A stretch of 64,000 nucleotides of DNA from the NCBI GenBank assembly GCA_018398765.1, contig JAHBMJ010000332.1:62001-126000 (forward strand). Reading direction: 5' to 3'. The notes beneath the pieces were generated by a model that saw only the letters and a program-made list of their open reading frames with translations, ran no database searches and had not been told where the DNA came from. The translations under genes and the position numbers were made by a program. Shown one piece after another: positions 39,008-51,315 of the stretch; the stretch's first letter is position 1, and each line of letters begins with the position of its first letter. Source of the DNA: Chromera velia. Its lineage: Eukaryota.

Positions 39008-40003
39008 CGATTTGTTTGAAGACAGAGCAGGTAGAAAGGTTGGCTCAACAATGAAAATAGACAGACAGAGAATAGGGAGAGCTCCTTTTTGCTATATGAG
39101 AGTGGCGCCACGATCGGAACACAGGAGGAGAGCAGCATGCAGGGTGGGAGACAGGGCTGTGGCTGCGACTCAGGGAAAAATTCCGGTAAGGGGGGGAAAG
39201 AAGGTGCCGTTACAGAAAAGGATGTGCCAGTTCTGTCGAGGGTGGTTGGGAATCGAGGTGGTCGAAGATGAAATCCATCTGGTGACAGAATGTCCTGTTT
39301 TTGACAGAGAGAGAGCAGAGATGTTCAGAAAGATAGAAGAGAAATGGGACAGCAAGATGGAAGAAAGAGCCAGAAAGGCAGCCACAGAAAGAGAAGGGCT
39401 CAACAAAGAAGAGGGAAAAAGAGACAACTCGACGCTTTTCTGCTTTCTGTTGAATGAATGTCATGCCGGAGTAGATGAGTTTGTGGGATGGGCGTCATTC
39501 AGACGGAGGGTGTTTGAGGAATGTCCAGGACGGTATGGACATATAGAGGGAGACGCTCTGGCGGCCAGACATGCAGGAATCACCGGAAGGCAGCGGGCGA
39601 TCGAGAGACTAATAAAAGAATATGAGGAGACAATTGATAACTTAGAGATGACCGAAGGAGCGTTAGGGTGGGGAAGGAGGGAGCCGCAGAAGAAGATTAA
39701 TAAAGCAAACAAGAAGAGCGAGGAAGCCTAAATCATATGGATAAAGCAAACAAGAAGAGCGAGGAAGCCCAAATCACATGCCGTTTCAACTCGATTTTCA
39801 GGTTGGAAAGCCAATACGGATCCAGAGCTGTGACTCGAACAATGAACAATCATGCAGCAGCGGCCAGGGCAACAGACTCTGGCAGGCCCCGAGGGCAGGG
39901 TCTGATACCTCAGCTTAGGCTGGGGAACGCCCCGCCCTGCTAGCTCTGGCGACAGATAGATATAGCGGGAAGGCCCTAGGGCAGAACATATCAATCAATC
40001 AAT
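39008..40003 (+). mobile_element. 3' fragment of a LINE retrotransposon (CCHC zinc-knuckle C-terminus, 3' UTR, simple-repeat tail)
   Basis: ORF 39012-39731 contains RMCQFC-x9-EDEIHLVTECP, the C-terminal knuckle of APE-type LINE ORF2. The element ends in (ATCA)3 at 39990-40003. Confidence 0.8.
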
Positions 40004-40007
40004 GTGA

Positions 40008-40196
40008 ATACTAAATTTTATATATAAATTTTTAGGACTGCATGTAGGACTGTGTCCAAGTCATTCAGGATATAATGCTTAAATTAATAGAATAGGATAG
40101 GATCAATTATTAACCCTAGCATTAACCCTAAGTGTTATGTAGAGAATAATGCCATATATATAGTAACTATATCTACCGAGACCTAGATATTGATAT
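40008..40196 (+). repeat. ~185-bp direct repeat, copy 2 (right flank of LINE fragment)
   Basis: Aligns with 38823-39007. Confidence 0.9.
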
Positions 40197-40321
40197 ATAC
40201 CATAGTAACCCTAAATGACCTAGTAACTGATGCACCGTGACTAGCACCGTGATAGTGGTTTAGTAGTGCCCTAGAGCACTGTCGTTATTTTGTCTTTAAT
40301 ATAGATTTAAAAAAATCCTCC

Positions 40322-40680
40322 AGAGAGATAGACAGACAGACAGACAGGCAGACTATATGTTTCTTCTTCTTCTGACTAACAGACAGACAGACAGAGACAG
40401 ACAGACAGACAGACAAACTATATCGTCTTTTCTTCACTTTACTTCACTTCACTTTTTCCGAATCGCTTCCTTTCTTTCGGACAGACATACAGACAAACAG
40501 ACAAACAAACAGACAGACAGACAGACTATATGTTTCTTCTTCTCCCTTCTTTTCTTCATGAACACAACAGACAAAAAGAAAGAAAGAACAAAGACAAAAG
40601 CACAGCACCAACAATCAAACAGCGTGGGCAGGGGGCCCGAAAGGTGAGAGTTAAGCGCCCCTTGCCTCTCCACCTCCCAG

Positions 40681-40711
<31 letters not shown>

Positions 40712-41200
40712 TCACTTCAGACAGACAGACAGACAGACAGACAGACACACAGACAGCCAGACTATATGCTTCTTCTTCTCCCTTCTTTTCTTCATGAACA
40801 CAATAGACAAAAAGAAAGAAAGCAGACAGACGGACAGACAGACAGATAGACAGACTATATGTTTCTTCTTCTCCCTTCAGACAGACAGACAGACAGATAG
40901 ACAGACAGACAGACAGAAAGAAAGACAGACAGAAAGAAAGAAAGGAAGGAAGGAAGGAAGGAAGGAAGGAAGGAAGGAAGGAAGGAAGAGAGGAAGGAAA
41001 GAAAGAAGGAAGGAAGAAAGGAAGGAAGGAAGGAAGGGAGGTAGGAAGGAAGGAAGAAAGGAAGGAAGGAAGGAAGGAAGAAAAAAAGGAAGGAAGGAAG
41101 AAAAAAAGGAAGGAAGAAAGGAAGGAAGGAAAGAAGGAAGGAAGGAAGGAAGGAAGGAAGGAAGGAAGGAAGGAAGGAAGGAGGAAAGGAAGGAGAGAGC
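40322..41200 (+). repeat. Composite array: (GACA)n with interspersed unique modules, followed by (GAAG)n
   Basis: Four copies of GACTATATGTTTCTTCTTCTCCCTT.. and one of TATCGTCTTTTCTTCACTT..TTTTTCCGAA, homologous to 28340-28640 in the opposite orientation. Confidence 0.85.
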
Positions 41201-41589
41201 GAAACAAAGAAAGAAAACAAAAGATAACCGCAGCAAAGAAAAACAAGAAAGCCGCACACTTCTAATGATGTTGCACCTACAAAAATTGAAGCCAAACATA
41301 GACTTCCCGGTGAAGCAAAACCGCTTCTTTTATTCACAATACGTCTTCTTTCGTCTTTATCTGACCACATTCCGTCACTCCATAGTAAGACCCAGCCAGC
41401 GCCCGTGAGTCAAAAGCGCCATGAGTCTCTGAACGAAATTCAAACATCAGTTGTTAAATCCGTTATCGCGTTCTGAAGAAGAAATCTGGAGCAAGTGGAC
41501 TACTCAGTGTCACAGAGGCATCCACGCTGCCCAGACAGACCCGCACAGCAGGACGGTACTGTCGCGTTTGCCTCTGCAGATAATTATCC

Positions 41590-41955
41590 TTATTCTTTGA
41601 TGAAATCAGCCAATTTGAAGACCTGCTTGCGCTTCCACCCCCCCGGTCCCTGGTAGTCGTATTCCTGTTCTTCGACCTGATCTTCGTCCACAAATTTCAA
41701 CAGGGTCCCGTCGGGCTTGATGCCTTTACTGTCACGGTCTTCATAGGTGCACCGGAGAAACGGTTTGTTGACTTTCGGATCCCAGGAGGGAACGTGAAAC
41801 AGGCGGTAGGTGTAAAATTCGGTGTCACTCGAACTATCCGAACAGGTGCAAACGATCACCCAGGGACCCGATCTGCTCGAGCGAGTAGGAATAAAATAGT
41901 CGCCTTGGCGCTTGCCAATTTCCGTCATTTTCCCCTCGTAACCAATTTCTGCCAT
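41590..41955 (-). CDS. Intronless hypothetical protein, 121 aa
   Basis: GCCATGG start context and a repeat-free, protein-like sequence (MAEIGYEGKMTEIGKRQGDYFIP..KLADFIKE*). It is divergent from the gene at 42804 across a GC-rich promoter-like spacer. No family recognised. Confidence 0.6.
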   Translation of the reverse strand: MAEIGYEGKMTEIGKRQGDYFIPTRSSRSGPWVIVCTCSDSSSDTEFYTYRLFHVPSWDPKVNKPFLRCTYEDRDSKGIKPDGTLLKFVDEDQVEEQEYDYQGPGGWKRKQVFKLADFIKE

Positions 41956-42249
41956 GGCTATATCCACGAGACGAATTGTATTTAGGACAAAGAGGGATGA
42001 GCCGCCGTTCGATTAACACAAGTGCGTGGCTGAAAAGTCCACCGGATCCTTCTGTGCCACTCCCCAAGAAAGCGATCGGCAGAGGGAAAGAAATGCTTGT
42101 CGAGCCACCCGTCGCGGAAACGCGCTCTACCAGATTTACGTGTTATGAAGACAGGATACACTTCGAGAACTTCCGGCCCCAAAACTTCTTCCTGAGATCT
42201 GTCAATGTCTTCTGCCAGTGAGGACAGCTCTGAAATTCAATTCATGCAG

Positions 42250-42700
42250 ACAGTGTCGATCGATTATCATCATCAGATCCGGTTTCATCTGGCTTCAGAA
42301 AGATCTTTGAACTGAGTGCCCGTCTGCGTACATGCTACTGCCTGTTCAATGATTTGAACTATCTTGAACTGAACACTTGCTCAATTGGCGACTCCGCGCG
42401 TCTCTCTGCGTGTGTAGTTTCCGGATGTTTTCGGCACGTTTTTCCGGCATCCCACACGCGTTGCATGCGTGGGGGCCGCGGACGGCCTGCATGCATGGGC
42501 CCTCCATGGCCCTCCTGCCAGGGCCCTAATAATGGCTATAGCTTGAGCTATGGCGACAAAAAATCATGCCCACAGTTCAAGCGCGCCTCCACGTGCCCCC
42601 GTTCATGTTAATCCGCTGTTCTTTGCAACTTCCATGACCGACTTTCAAGGGTGGCAGAGAGAGGAGCCGCTGATCTCTTCGGGGACTTCAAGGAAAGTTC
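42250..42700. promoter_or_regulatory. Bidirectional promoter-like region with TGCATGC motifs
   Basis: CpG-rich spacer between divergent ORFs, with TTGCATGCG (~42461), CTGCATGCATG (~42486), GGGCCC and CACGTG. Confidence 0.45.
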
Positions 42701-42803
42701 TGGTCTTGATGGGAAGATGAGACGAAATCAGGCGTCTCTCTTCCTCAGCAACAGTCTGCAATGATGTAGATCCACCCATCAGTTCAAGGCGATCCCTACC
42801 CCA

Positions 42804-43595
42804 ATGGACGACCTCTCTGCTATGGAGGGTGATCAGGTGCTGGGGTCCTTCCAGACTCCAGTGGGTGCCGTGAGTCTGCCCGATCCGGAGAGAAGCACTG
42901 GGAAGAGGACGCGTGCCGAAGCGGAGGCCCGACCCATTGTTCCAGGTCCCGTTGACGCTGACTCTATGAGTGATGGTGCCTTTTCCTCCCTGCAGACTGG
43001 GGGGTTACAACCTTCTTCCTCTTCCCATGAAACAGGCACTGATCCTATCGAGGACACGGTGGAAGCAATTCTCATTCCTAAGTTAAAGAAAATCAGACTC
43101 AAACCCTCAATGGCCCAACTCAGGTGGGTCCTTCTGACTTGTATGGCATGTTGCTTCGTTTTTCTGAGGCAAAGTTGAAAGATGGGGGGTGCTTGTGTTC
43201 ATGGGACCCTCAGACGGTGACGTTGCGGGGGCCGCAGAAATCTCCACAGTTTCTCTCAATGGCCCTGTTGGCACTTGTCTGTGTGTCTCCTTCCTGGTGT
43301 CAATGGCCCACCTGACTTGCTCCTCCCGTCCATAGCCGTGCCTTGCCTTGCGTTTCCGGGCGGATCCCTACTTGACTTCCGATTTGTTTCGTTTTCTCCG
43401 GCTTCAGTGCGCACGTCTTTGCTTATGTCGACCCCCCCTAACTTTCTCACTTTTGCTTCCTCTGCTTTCTTTTCTTCTATCTTTCCCATGCCTCCTCCCC
43501 CTCTCCCTCTTCCGTTCTTTCCCTGTCCCGCAGTCACATCTTCTGACGGTCTTGCTTCCTCCGTCGCTCCTTCGCACGCCCCCCCCCCTCCCCCC

Positions 43596-43634
<39 letters not shown>

Positions 43635-43649
43635 TGTGTGTACACGCGC

Positions 43650-43726
<77 letters not shown>

Positions 43727-43795
43727 TCTCAGTCTGTGTTTCTGCCTTTTGTCTGTTGTGTACATGAAGCAAAGGAGGGAGAATAAGCAACATGT

Positions 43796-43861
<66 letters not shown>

Positions 43862-45825
43862 CGCAGACTCCAGAGGGAGGTGGCTGCAGGCGGACTGGCT
43901 CCCCACATCTGCATTGAGCTGCAGCAGGAGGCCTCAAAGGCGTGCTTCGGGGTCAAACCGCAAAACGGTAGGCAGGCTGGCATGTCGGGCAGGCAGTGCA
44001 GCGAATAGTCTGTCATCTAGAAGATTGGAGAAAAGGATGGATGTTTGTGTGAAAGGAAAGACGACAATGGGGACGCATCAAGTGCAGAGAAGACCCGCCA
44101 GAAGCCGTCGTTAGTGGAAGATTTCCCCAGAACATGCCGGCCTGTAGGGCGTTGACTGCAGGAGGTGGTATTCTTCCAACAGTGTGTGCGAAGGCAGAAA
44201 CAAGCTCCTGACGCAGCCCACCCCCTATGCTCCTGAAGGACTGACTCCCCATGTCTGTGTGTGTCTGTGGTCAGACACGCAGGTTCAAGATTCCTTTACG
44301 CCTCTCCCCTCTTCTCTGCTGCATGCAGGGCCCCTGAAGGGTCGTCTAGTGGAATTCGATATGCTCTTTCCGGGGTACTACCCTCACGAAGCGCCTGCGC
44401 TGGCCTTCAGTGCTCGGTGCTCGGAAGACGTTATTAGGGTCAGTCAGTTTGGCAGTCAGTGAAAGCAGAGTCGAGTCATTCAGTCACCTGCGGCCGCGCC
44501 TTGCTTCGAGACCCTTTTTCTGATTGCACACAGCCAGTCACGGGGATGTCCTTTGCTCTTTACTTCAACTGAATTGTCAGTGTACCTCGTAGCATAGAAC
44601 AATCTGGCTGATTTGTCTTGGTGTGTTTCTTTCTGTGTGGGCACGTTCTTTCCTCCTGTCTATGTTCGCGCGTTTGCCTTATGTTTTTGAAATGCTGTGT
44701 GTGTCTGTGCAGGAAGCACGTAGTAGGCTCTCTTCGTATCTGATCAGACCTGCTGAGGAGGAGGTCCGTCTGTCCTCTACAGAAACAGAAATTCCCTCTT
44801 CCTCCTCTTCTTCTTCGTCCTCTTCCTCTTCGTCTTCAAGCTCTTCGTGGATGCCTGGGGGTTCAACCAGGACAGGGCAGGCAGGAGGGGAAAGTTTGTC
44901 AGCAGGGTCGAGGATTTGCCAGCTGTGCAGAAAGGAACGGGGGGAAGGCAGAGGCGGGCGCCCAGATTCTGGGGGCAGGAGGCGCTTTTCTTCTTCTTCT
45001 TCCTCCTCTTTTTCCTTTGCTGCTCCTTCAGGAGCTCTTACGGTTGGGCCTTCCCACGTCTTTCCGTTTGGCAGCACAGAGGGGGGTGGTTCTGCTTCTT
45101 CTTCTGCTTCTTCCGCTGGTGTGTTTCCTCTCGGGCCTCCACCAGCGCCTGCCCCGACCCCTGTGTCGTTCGCGATTTTCCCCAATCCTCCTCCCCTCCC
45201 TCTTCTTCCGCTTTCTGCGGAAATGGACGACTCAGACGGAGCAGGGGGAGGGGCAGCAGGAGGCACACGGGGGGGAGGGATGGAGACGGATATGACAACA
45301 GGAGGAGACGGCCCGGGGAGTTCGAGAGAGCCACCCCCTCCGGCGGAGGGAGGGGGGCCGGGGGACGCCATGGACTGTNNNNNNNNNNNNNNNNNNNNNN
45401 NNNNNNNGGCGGGGACAGCAGCAGGAGGGGGGGGCATGGTGGCTCGCAGTGATGGTTTTGGTCATGGTGGAGAGAGTGGGCAGGAAGGAACGTTTATGGG
45501 ATCGGGGGAGAGGTGCGAGATTTGCGGTCGGCGTGAGCTTTTGGTGTCCTGGCTCCAGAGAGAGGCTTGGAGGCCGGTGCTGGGTGTAAAGTATATTCTC
45601 GACTCGCTCTGTCGAGTTTTGGAGGTGGGTTGCGGGTCTTGGTGGGAGGGAGGCTTGGTCTTTATCTTCTTGTCCCCTCTGTGAGATGATTTGTTTCTGT
45701 CTCACTCTCTCGCACACAACACACACAGACTGTCTTTCAGGGCTTTCTGTCTGTGTCTCAAAGGACGGAATCATGGTTTACCGTTTCTCCGATAAATGCA
45801 TTATTTCTTTCTGTCAGTCCTGTGG

Positions 45826-45863
<38 letters not shown>

Positions 45864-45941
45864 GTATGTGTGTGTGTGTGTGCGCGCGCGCGTGTGTGTG
45901 TGTGTGTGTGTGTGTGTAGACGTGTATGTGTGTGTGTGTAC

Positions 45942-45973
<32 letters not shown>

Positions 45974-48540
45974 ACACGTGTATATGTGTGTGTGTGTGTG
46001 TGAGTTGATGCCTGTTCATGCAGGGAGGCATACCGTTGGACAACGGGAGTCCGACGAGTGGGGGGAGTTCAACTTTGTCGAGGAGGATGTTGGAGTTTCG
46101 CCTGTCTATCCAGATCCCCCCCCGTCAGCCTCTGTCCTTCTCTCTCTCTCGGGGAGAGCCTGAGAGCTCCCTTGAGGATGAGCCTCCGCCTGCGGGGGGG
46201 CTCGGGGGGCGGTGTGCGAGGGAGGGGGCAGGGGCAGCTGCCACCTCTGTGGAGGGCGTGGGTGAGGATAAGAACGAGTACACGAGGGGAAGAGGGGGGT
46301 CATGGAATTCTTCCGAATTCAGAAGAGGGCTGAGTAACTCCGCTACAGCCGCAGCTGCCTCGAATGCGATTGTGGATGCAGCAGCCGCCGTCACAGGGGA
46401 TGTCTCCCTTGCCTCAGCAATTCCCGCTGGAGGCCCTTCCTCCTCTCCCCCCTCTTCCTCTTCCTCTTCCTCTTCTTTTGGTCTGCAAAGCCTCCTCAGA
46501 TGTCACGAGAGAGGAGGAGAGAGCGAGACCGACTCCCCCAAAACACCCACAGGACGCCGCAGTGCAGAGGCGCGGCGTATGAGGGAACCAGGGGGGGTGC
46601 AGCCTGGGGCACGAACGGCACTGCCCCCCCATGTTATGCCTGTGCCTCCAGCACCCAGAGTCCCTTCTGTTGCACCTATATTCCAACCACAGTCGCAGAG
46701 CGCTGCTGCTTCTTCCTCGGGTATTAATTGGGGGGGTGGGGTTGGAGGAGGAGGAGGAGGTCTTTTCGATGGGGCGGGGGCGGCCTCGGTGGTTTCTGGG
46801 CGCAGCGCCGCTTCTGCGTCTACTTTTTCAGGTCTGCGGTCAACGGGAGGTTTTCAGGGTGTTCGGTCTTCCCCCCCTAGGGTCAAGATAGACGCCGCCC
46901 CAGGGGGCCAGTCGTCGATGGGCGGGGGGAGGGCAGTGTCGCCCTCACCTTTCGGTCTTCCCCCGTCTCCCTCAGCACCGTCGTGTCGGGGCACCTCCTC
47001 CGCATTCGGCCTGTCGTCCCCCTCTAGGGGGGGGGGCGCACCTAGAGGGAGGGTGTCGCCTCGGCCGATGCAACAGAGACTAGACCCCGCACAACTCCTA
47101 GCAGCAGCAGCTCAGCAGGGGTCCTCAAGCTCTAGCAGCAGTCAGAGTGGTGGTACCTCTGCTGCTGCTGCTGCTGCTGCCTGTGGGTTTGGACACGCCG
47201 GGGCATCCGAGGGGGGTCTGTTTGGTTCTTCCACTTCCCCGTCCGGCCTTACGGGAGTGAACTTACATGGACAGCCCCCCGTGGCCCCTTCAGGTTCTTC
47301 CTTTCCCTTCTCCCCCCTCGCGAACTTCTCTAGTAGAAGGCCGGGGGGGCATCCGGGACAGGGGGAGCGGGGGACAACAGGAAGCGCTGGGCGGGGGCTG
47401 TCTCCTATGTCCCGTCTCACACGGGGGGTGATGGGAGATGACTCTATGATGGACGGGGACGGTGAGGGGGAGAGTCTGGCGTCACCTCCGCCTTTGAGCC
47501 CTCCTGCAGATGTGCGGCCCATGTCGCTGTTTCGCCCTGGGTTTGGCGTGGGTGCCCCGGGAAGTGGAGCCAGCAGGCCCCCACCCGCCCCATCCACAAC
47601 AGGGGCCCCGGCAAAACCCTCATCCTCTCCTTTTCGGTCCCTTTCCCTTTCACAGGGATCAGAGGCAGCGCAGGTCCTCGCACACAAACACGACGCCCAA
47701 CGACGATTTGCGAATTCCTTCCGTCAGCATTCCACGTTCCCTTTCTCAGTCGCACCCGTCGGTCGTGGTGGGGTGGGGGACACACCTAAGGCCGGGGAGA
47801 CGCGGCAGCCTGAGACGGGAGGAGATGGGGACATGCGGCCCCTGTTGCAGTCGCAATTGCCGTTGTCGGGGGACGTTCTTGTTCACGTCGGTGGGGGGAG
47901 GCCTAGCAGGGGAAGCTCTGTGCCGGGGCCCTTGTCCTCTCATTGGCAGGGGGCCCGTCCGGGTGCGGGGGGGGGAGTGCCGAGTTCGTTTTCTTTCGGC
48001 TCCTCTGCCACGGTTCGGGACAGGAATGCCTCTGGGGGTGGGGAGTTTCAGGGAGGGGGGGGAAGGGACGGTTTCTCCCTCGGCACGTTTTCTTCTGCGG
48101 GGGGGGTGGGGGGCGGTGTGGGAAGGGGGGGTTTCTCTTCAATGTCTGACGGTCAGAGTCCTGTTGCGGTAGGGGGAAGCTCCCTATTTGGAGCCCCTCA
48201 CACACACACCCAGGCCCCCGTGTCTGATCACGGCGGGGGGGCAGGAGGGGACGAGTCGATGGGTGCGTTCGGTGTGGCCCCGTTGGAGGAAACGTCAGGA
48301 GGGGGAGGGGGGGTTCCCTGGGGGTGGGGGGGAGATAGCGCGATGGGGGAGGAGAAGGGAGGGCCTCCCAGCTCTGCGGGGGGATTTTGGGGGTCCGACA
48401 CTGCCGGGGTCTCTGTGCAGGCGCAGGGGGCCCACAGCCAAGCCGGGTCCCCTGGGCTTCTGCCCTCTGCAGGATCTGACGGGACCGCACCGGCGTCTGT
48501 CGGGGCCGCCTTTCCCGTGCCCTCCCCTTGGAATTTGTAA
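42804..48540 (+). CDS. Ubiquitin/NEDD8-conjugating-enzyme-like (Ubc12-like) fold protein, probably a catalytically inactive variant, with very long G/S/P-rich regions; 5 exons
   Basis: Exons 42804-43123, 43867-43967, 44329-44438, 44713-45624 (contains an N gap) and 46024-48540 have compatible splice phases. UBC-like segments are [33 protein letters not shown] and [20 protein letters not shown]. No HPN..C motif is visible. Confidence 0.65.
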
Positions 48541-50087
48541 GGGGGGGGCCCTGTCTAACCCTGTCCCTCCCATTTCTGCCAAACAGTGAGTGCAAATGTG
48601 TGCCGTTGTTAGAGCAGAGGGAGAGTCTTTGAGAAACAGGGGAACGTTTACACCCCGCTGTCTGCACACTGTTTTTGTTTCAAATGTCCGATCTTTCCTT
48701 TAATTAATGGTAGACTATTGAAGACTTCCTCTGTCATAATATTCTTGTCTGAGTCTCCTCTCTTCCTCCCCGCTCCATTTCTTCCGTTGTCTCTCTTTCC
48801 TCTGTGTCCAGCAAGGCGCAGAAAAAAGAAAAAAGCTGTCTTTGCCCCCTCTTTCTTCTGCACCTCATTCACTGTTCTTCTACCGGTCTGCCTGGAAAGC
48901 AAAGAAGAGCAGTCTGTAGTCCGCTTATTTATCCGTCAGGGAAAGAAGAGCGAAAGAACCCGGGGGTCTTCCACTCACCAAAGCATCTGACGGGGGAAGC
49001 GAAGTGCGCGAAGAGGCAACGAGAGCTGACTGACTCGATCGGTTTTGTCTGTCTGCAAGCAAGCAGTGAGGGGTGTGCATGTGTGTGCATGGAGATCGAG
49101 GCGAGGATCCGTCGTTGATTGATCCGCTGTCGCCCCCCTGCGCGCGCATTTCTGCTCTGCATGGTCCGCTCCTGTCCCCCAACTTGTCTCGGTCTCTTCT
49201 GTCTGGGGCTTTTCCCACTTTCGTTTCCCCACTCTTTCCAACTTCTACCGCTCCTTTGCATGCGTCATTGGGGAGGGCTGTATCTTTCACTTTGACTGCG
49301 CGCACGACTGTCACAGCCTGCCCACTAACGAGTTGTCGCACGTCCCACCCCTTTGCGCCCGTTCGACAATTATTGGATCGACTGATTAGTCGTTGGAGAC
49401 CATCAGTCTAACCCTCGACCCTTCCTGTCTCTTTTTCTATCACGCATCTGACACATGAGCCCCAGCCCCTCCGAACAAAAGAGTGAAGAAACTCCGATAG
49501 GCTTCTACCAGCGCGCTTGCCTGCCTCGCATTTGATCGCGGTGGGTGTTCCCGTCAGTATCAGGAAACACATTTGCTTCCCCAACTTGAATTGCCGATGT
49601 CGGGTTTCATTCTTGCCATATTCTTTCCGCAAACCTACCCGCATACAATGTACACGTGCATGTGCATGGAACCGGGCAACTAGCCGGGCAAACAGTGCCC
49701 TTCAAACTGTATTCAAATTGGTGCTCAATGTGTCTTTAATACACCACCTCTAGCACCACCTGAAACTCTTAGTAATTTGTAGATGAATGTAAAAACTGTA
49801 AAACTAAGTAGGCTAAAAGTAGCTGTGTGCCAATGGGTTGTTTACTATTACTGGATCTTTATAGGTGGGTCCTAAAACAAGTTGAATACATTTCATGTTG
49901 TTTTATTCTTAATACTATATTGCCTAGTATATTGCTAGATGTATTGCACACTATATATAGATTTAACGTTTTTGTTTATGTCGTCTTCTAGGAATACGGC
50001 AAAGTGCGCAAACGTTGGTGGCTATAGCGTAGAGAGATGGAATGAAGTGAAAGTGTAGGAATAAAGGTCCGGCCAGGGCTTGCATCA

Positions 50088-51315
50088 TAGTGCTAGGAAA
50101 AGGTTCAAGGTTCAAGGTTCACTTCGAAGTAATGAACCTGAATCAGGTTCAAAAACAGGTTCAAAAACAGGTTCACTTTTAATTAATAGAAACCTCATTT
50201 TTTTGTGTTATTTTATGCCTTTAAATTAGGCTTTAATGCATTTTTAGAACGTTTTCTTACAGAATCTATGCCTTAGTAGTGTTTTTAAATAGTTTAAATC
50301 AATATTTACGCTCATATTAGGTGCTAGTCTCAAGTTATTCACTGTTTATAGTCGAAAATTAGTAATGAAAAAAGCCTAAAAAAATTGGAAAATGCCATAA
50401 TTAAATTTATATGATCGTATCAATCATGACAATTTAGTCAACATAAGACCATCACAGCGTTTCTTTCTTTCTTTCATCTATTCACCAGTTGCCCCGCGGC
50501 CCCTGCTCCCCCCTTCCCTCTCCGTGCACCGCCGCCTCTTTGACTTGCTGCTCCCGGCCCGGCCTGTTGCCCCCCCCCCTGCTCCCCCCCATGGCCCCCA
50601 CCGCTCCCAGCTACCACGGGTGGCACCCAAACATCTGAGTTTGCATTCGTTCCAACCTTTTGACAAGATACGACCTGAGGTGTCAGAGAGAATGGGACCA
50701 CTGGAATTTTTTTTAACAAAGAGAATGAAAAAGCGTTGTACAGTGAAAGAGGTCGGACCCATGGGTAGCCCTCTTGTAGCTGGGAGTTCAAAAAAAAAGA
50801 TCCGGAGACGGCAGTAGTGGAAGCAAGCAGAGGGACTGCTGCCGGCATAAGTCTGAAGCAGCCCCTCTAAAAAGACATTGTCAATTACACTGTCGTGTAG
50901 ACTGCTGTCAAACAAATTCTATACTTCTTTATTCCTTCAGTGGAGACTGTCCATTTTGATGCGGGGCCTTGCAAGTGGAAAACTTGGTAAGTCACGTATA
51001 CTTCTTTACTTCTGTAACCGTCAGCATGAGTTTTCATGCTGACATATGATGCTGACATATGCTGACATACATCTGTCCGACACAATAGATTGAACCGGCT
51101 GGGGACAGTTGCTATGTGCGCGGCTCTGGCTCCTTATTTCATCTATATGGGCCGTGGGCGGCGCAGGCCTGGCCGGCTTTGTGCCAGTGACCGCGCGTCT
51201 GGCCTCCAAAACAGGTTCAAAACAGGTTCAACAGGTTCAACAAGTTTAAAACAGGTTCAACAGGTTTACTTTTTCAGATTTGAACCTTTTTTCAATGAAC
51301 CTTTTCCCAGCCCTA
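50088..51315. mobile_element. 1228-bp non-autonomous hAT-like DNA transposon
   Basis: Perfect 8-bp TSD TTGCATCA at 50080-50087 and 51316-51323; TIR TAGTGCTAGGAAAAGGTTCA / TAGGGCTGGGAAAAGGTTCA (18/20); clustered AGGTTCA/TGAACC subterminal repeats at both ends. Confidence 0.9.

Noticed and set aside
40322..40900. Repeat-spacer look resembling a CRISPR array
   Set aside because: The units are irregular, the 'spacers' are microsatellite, the context is eukaryotic and there are no cas genes.
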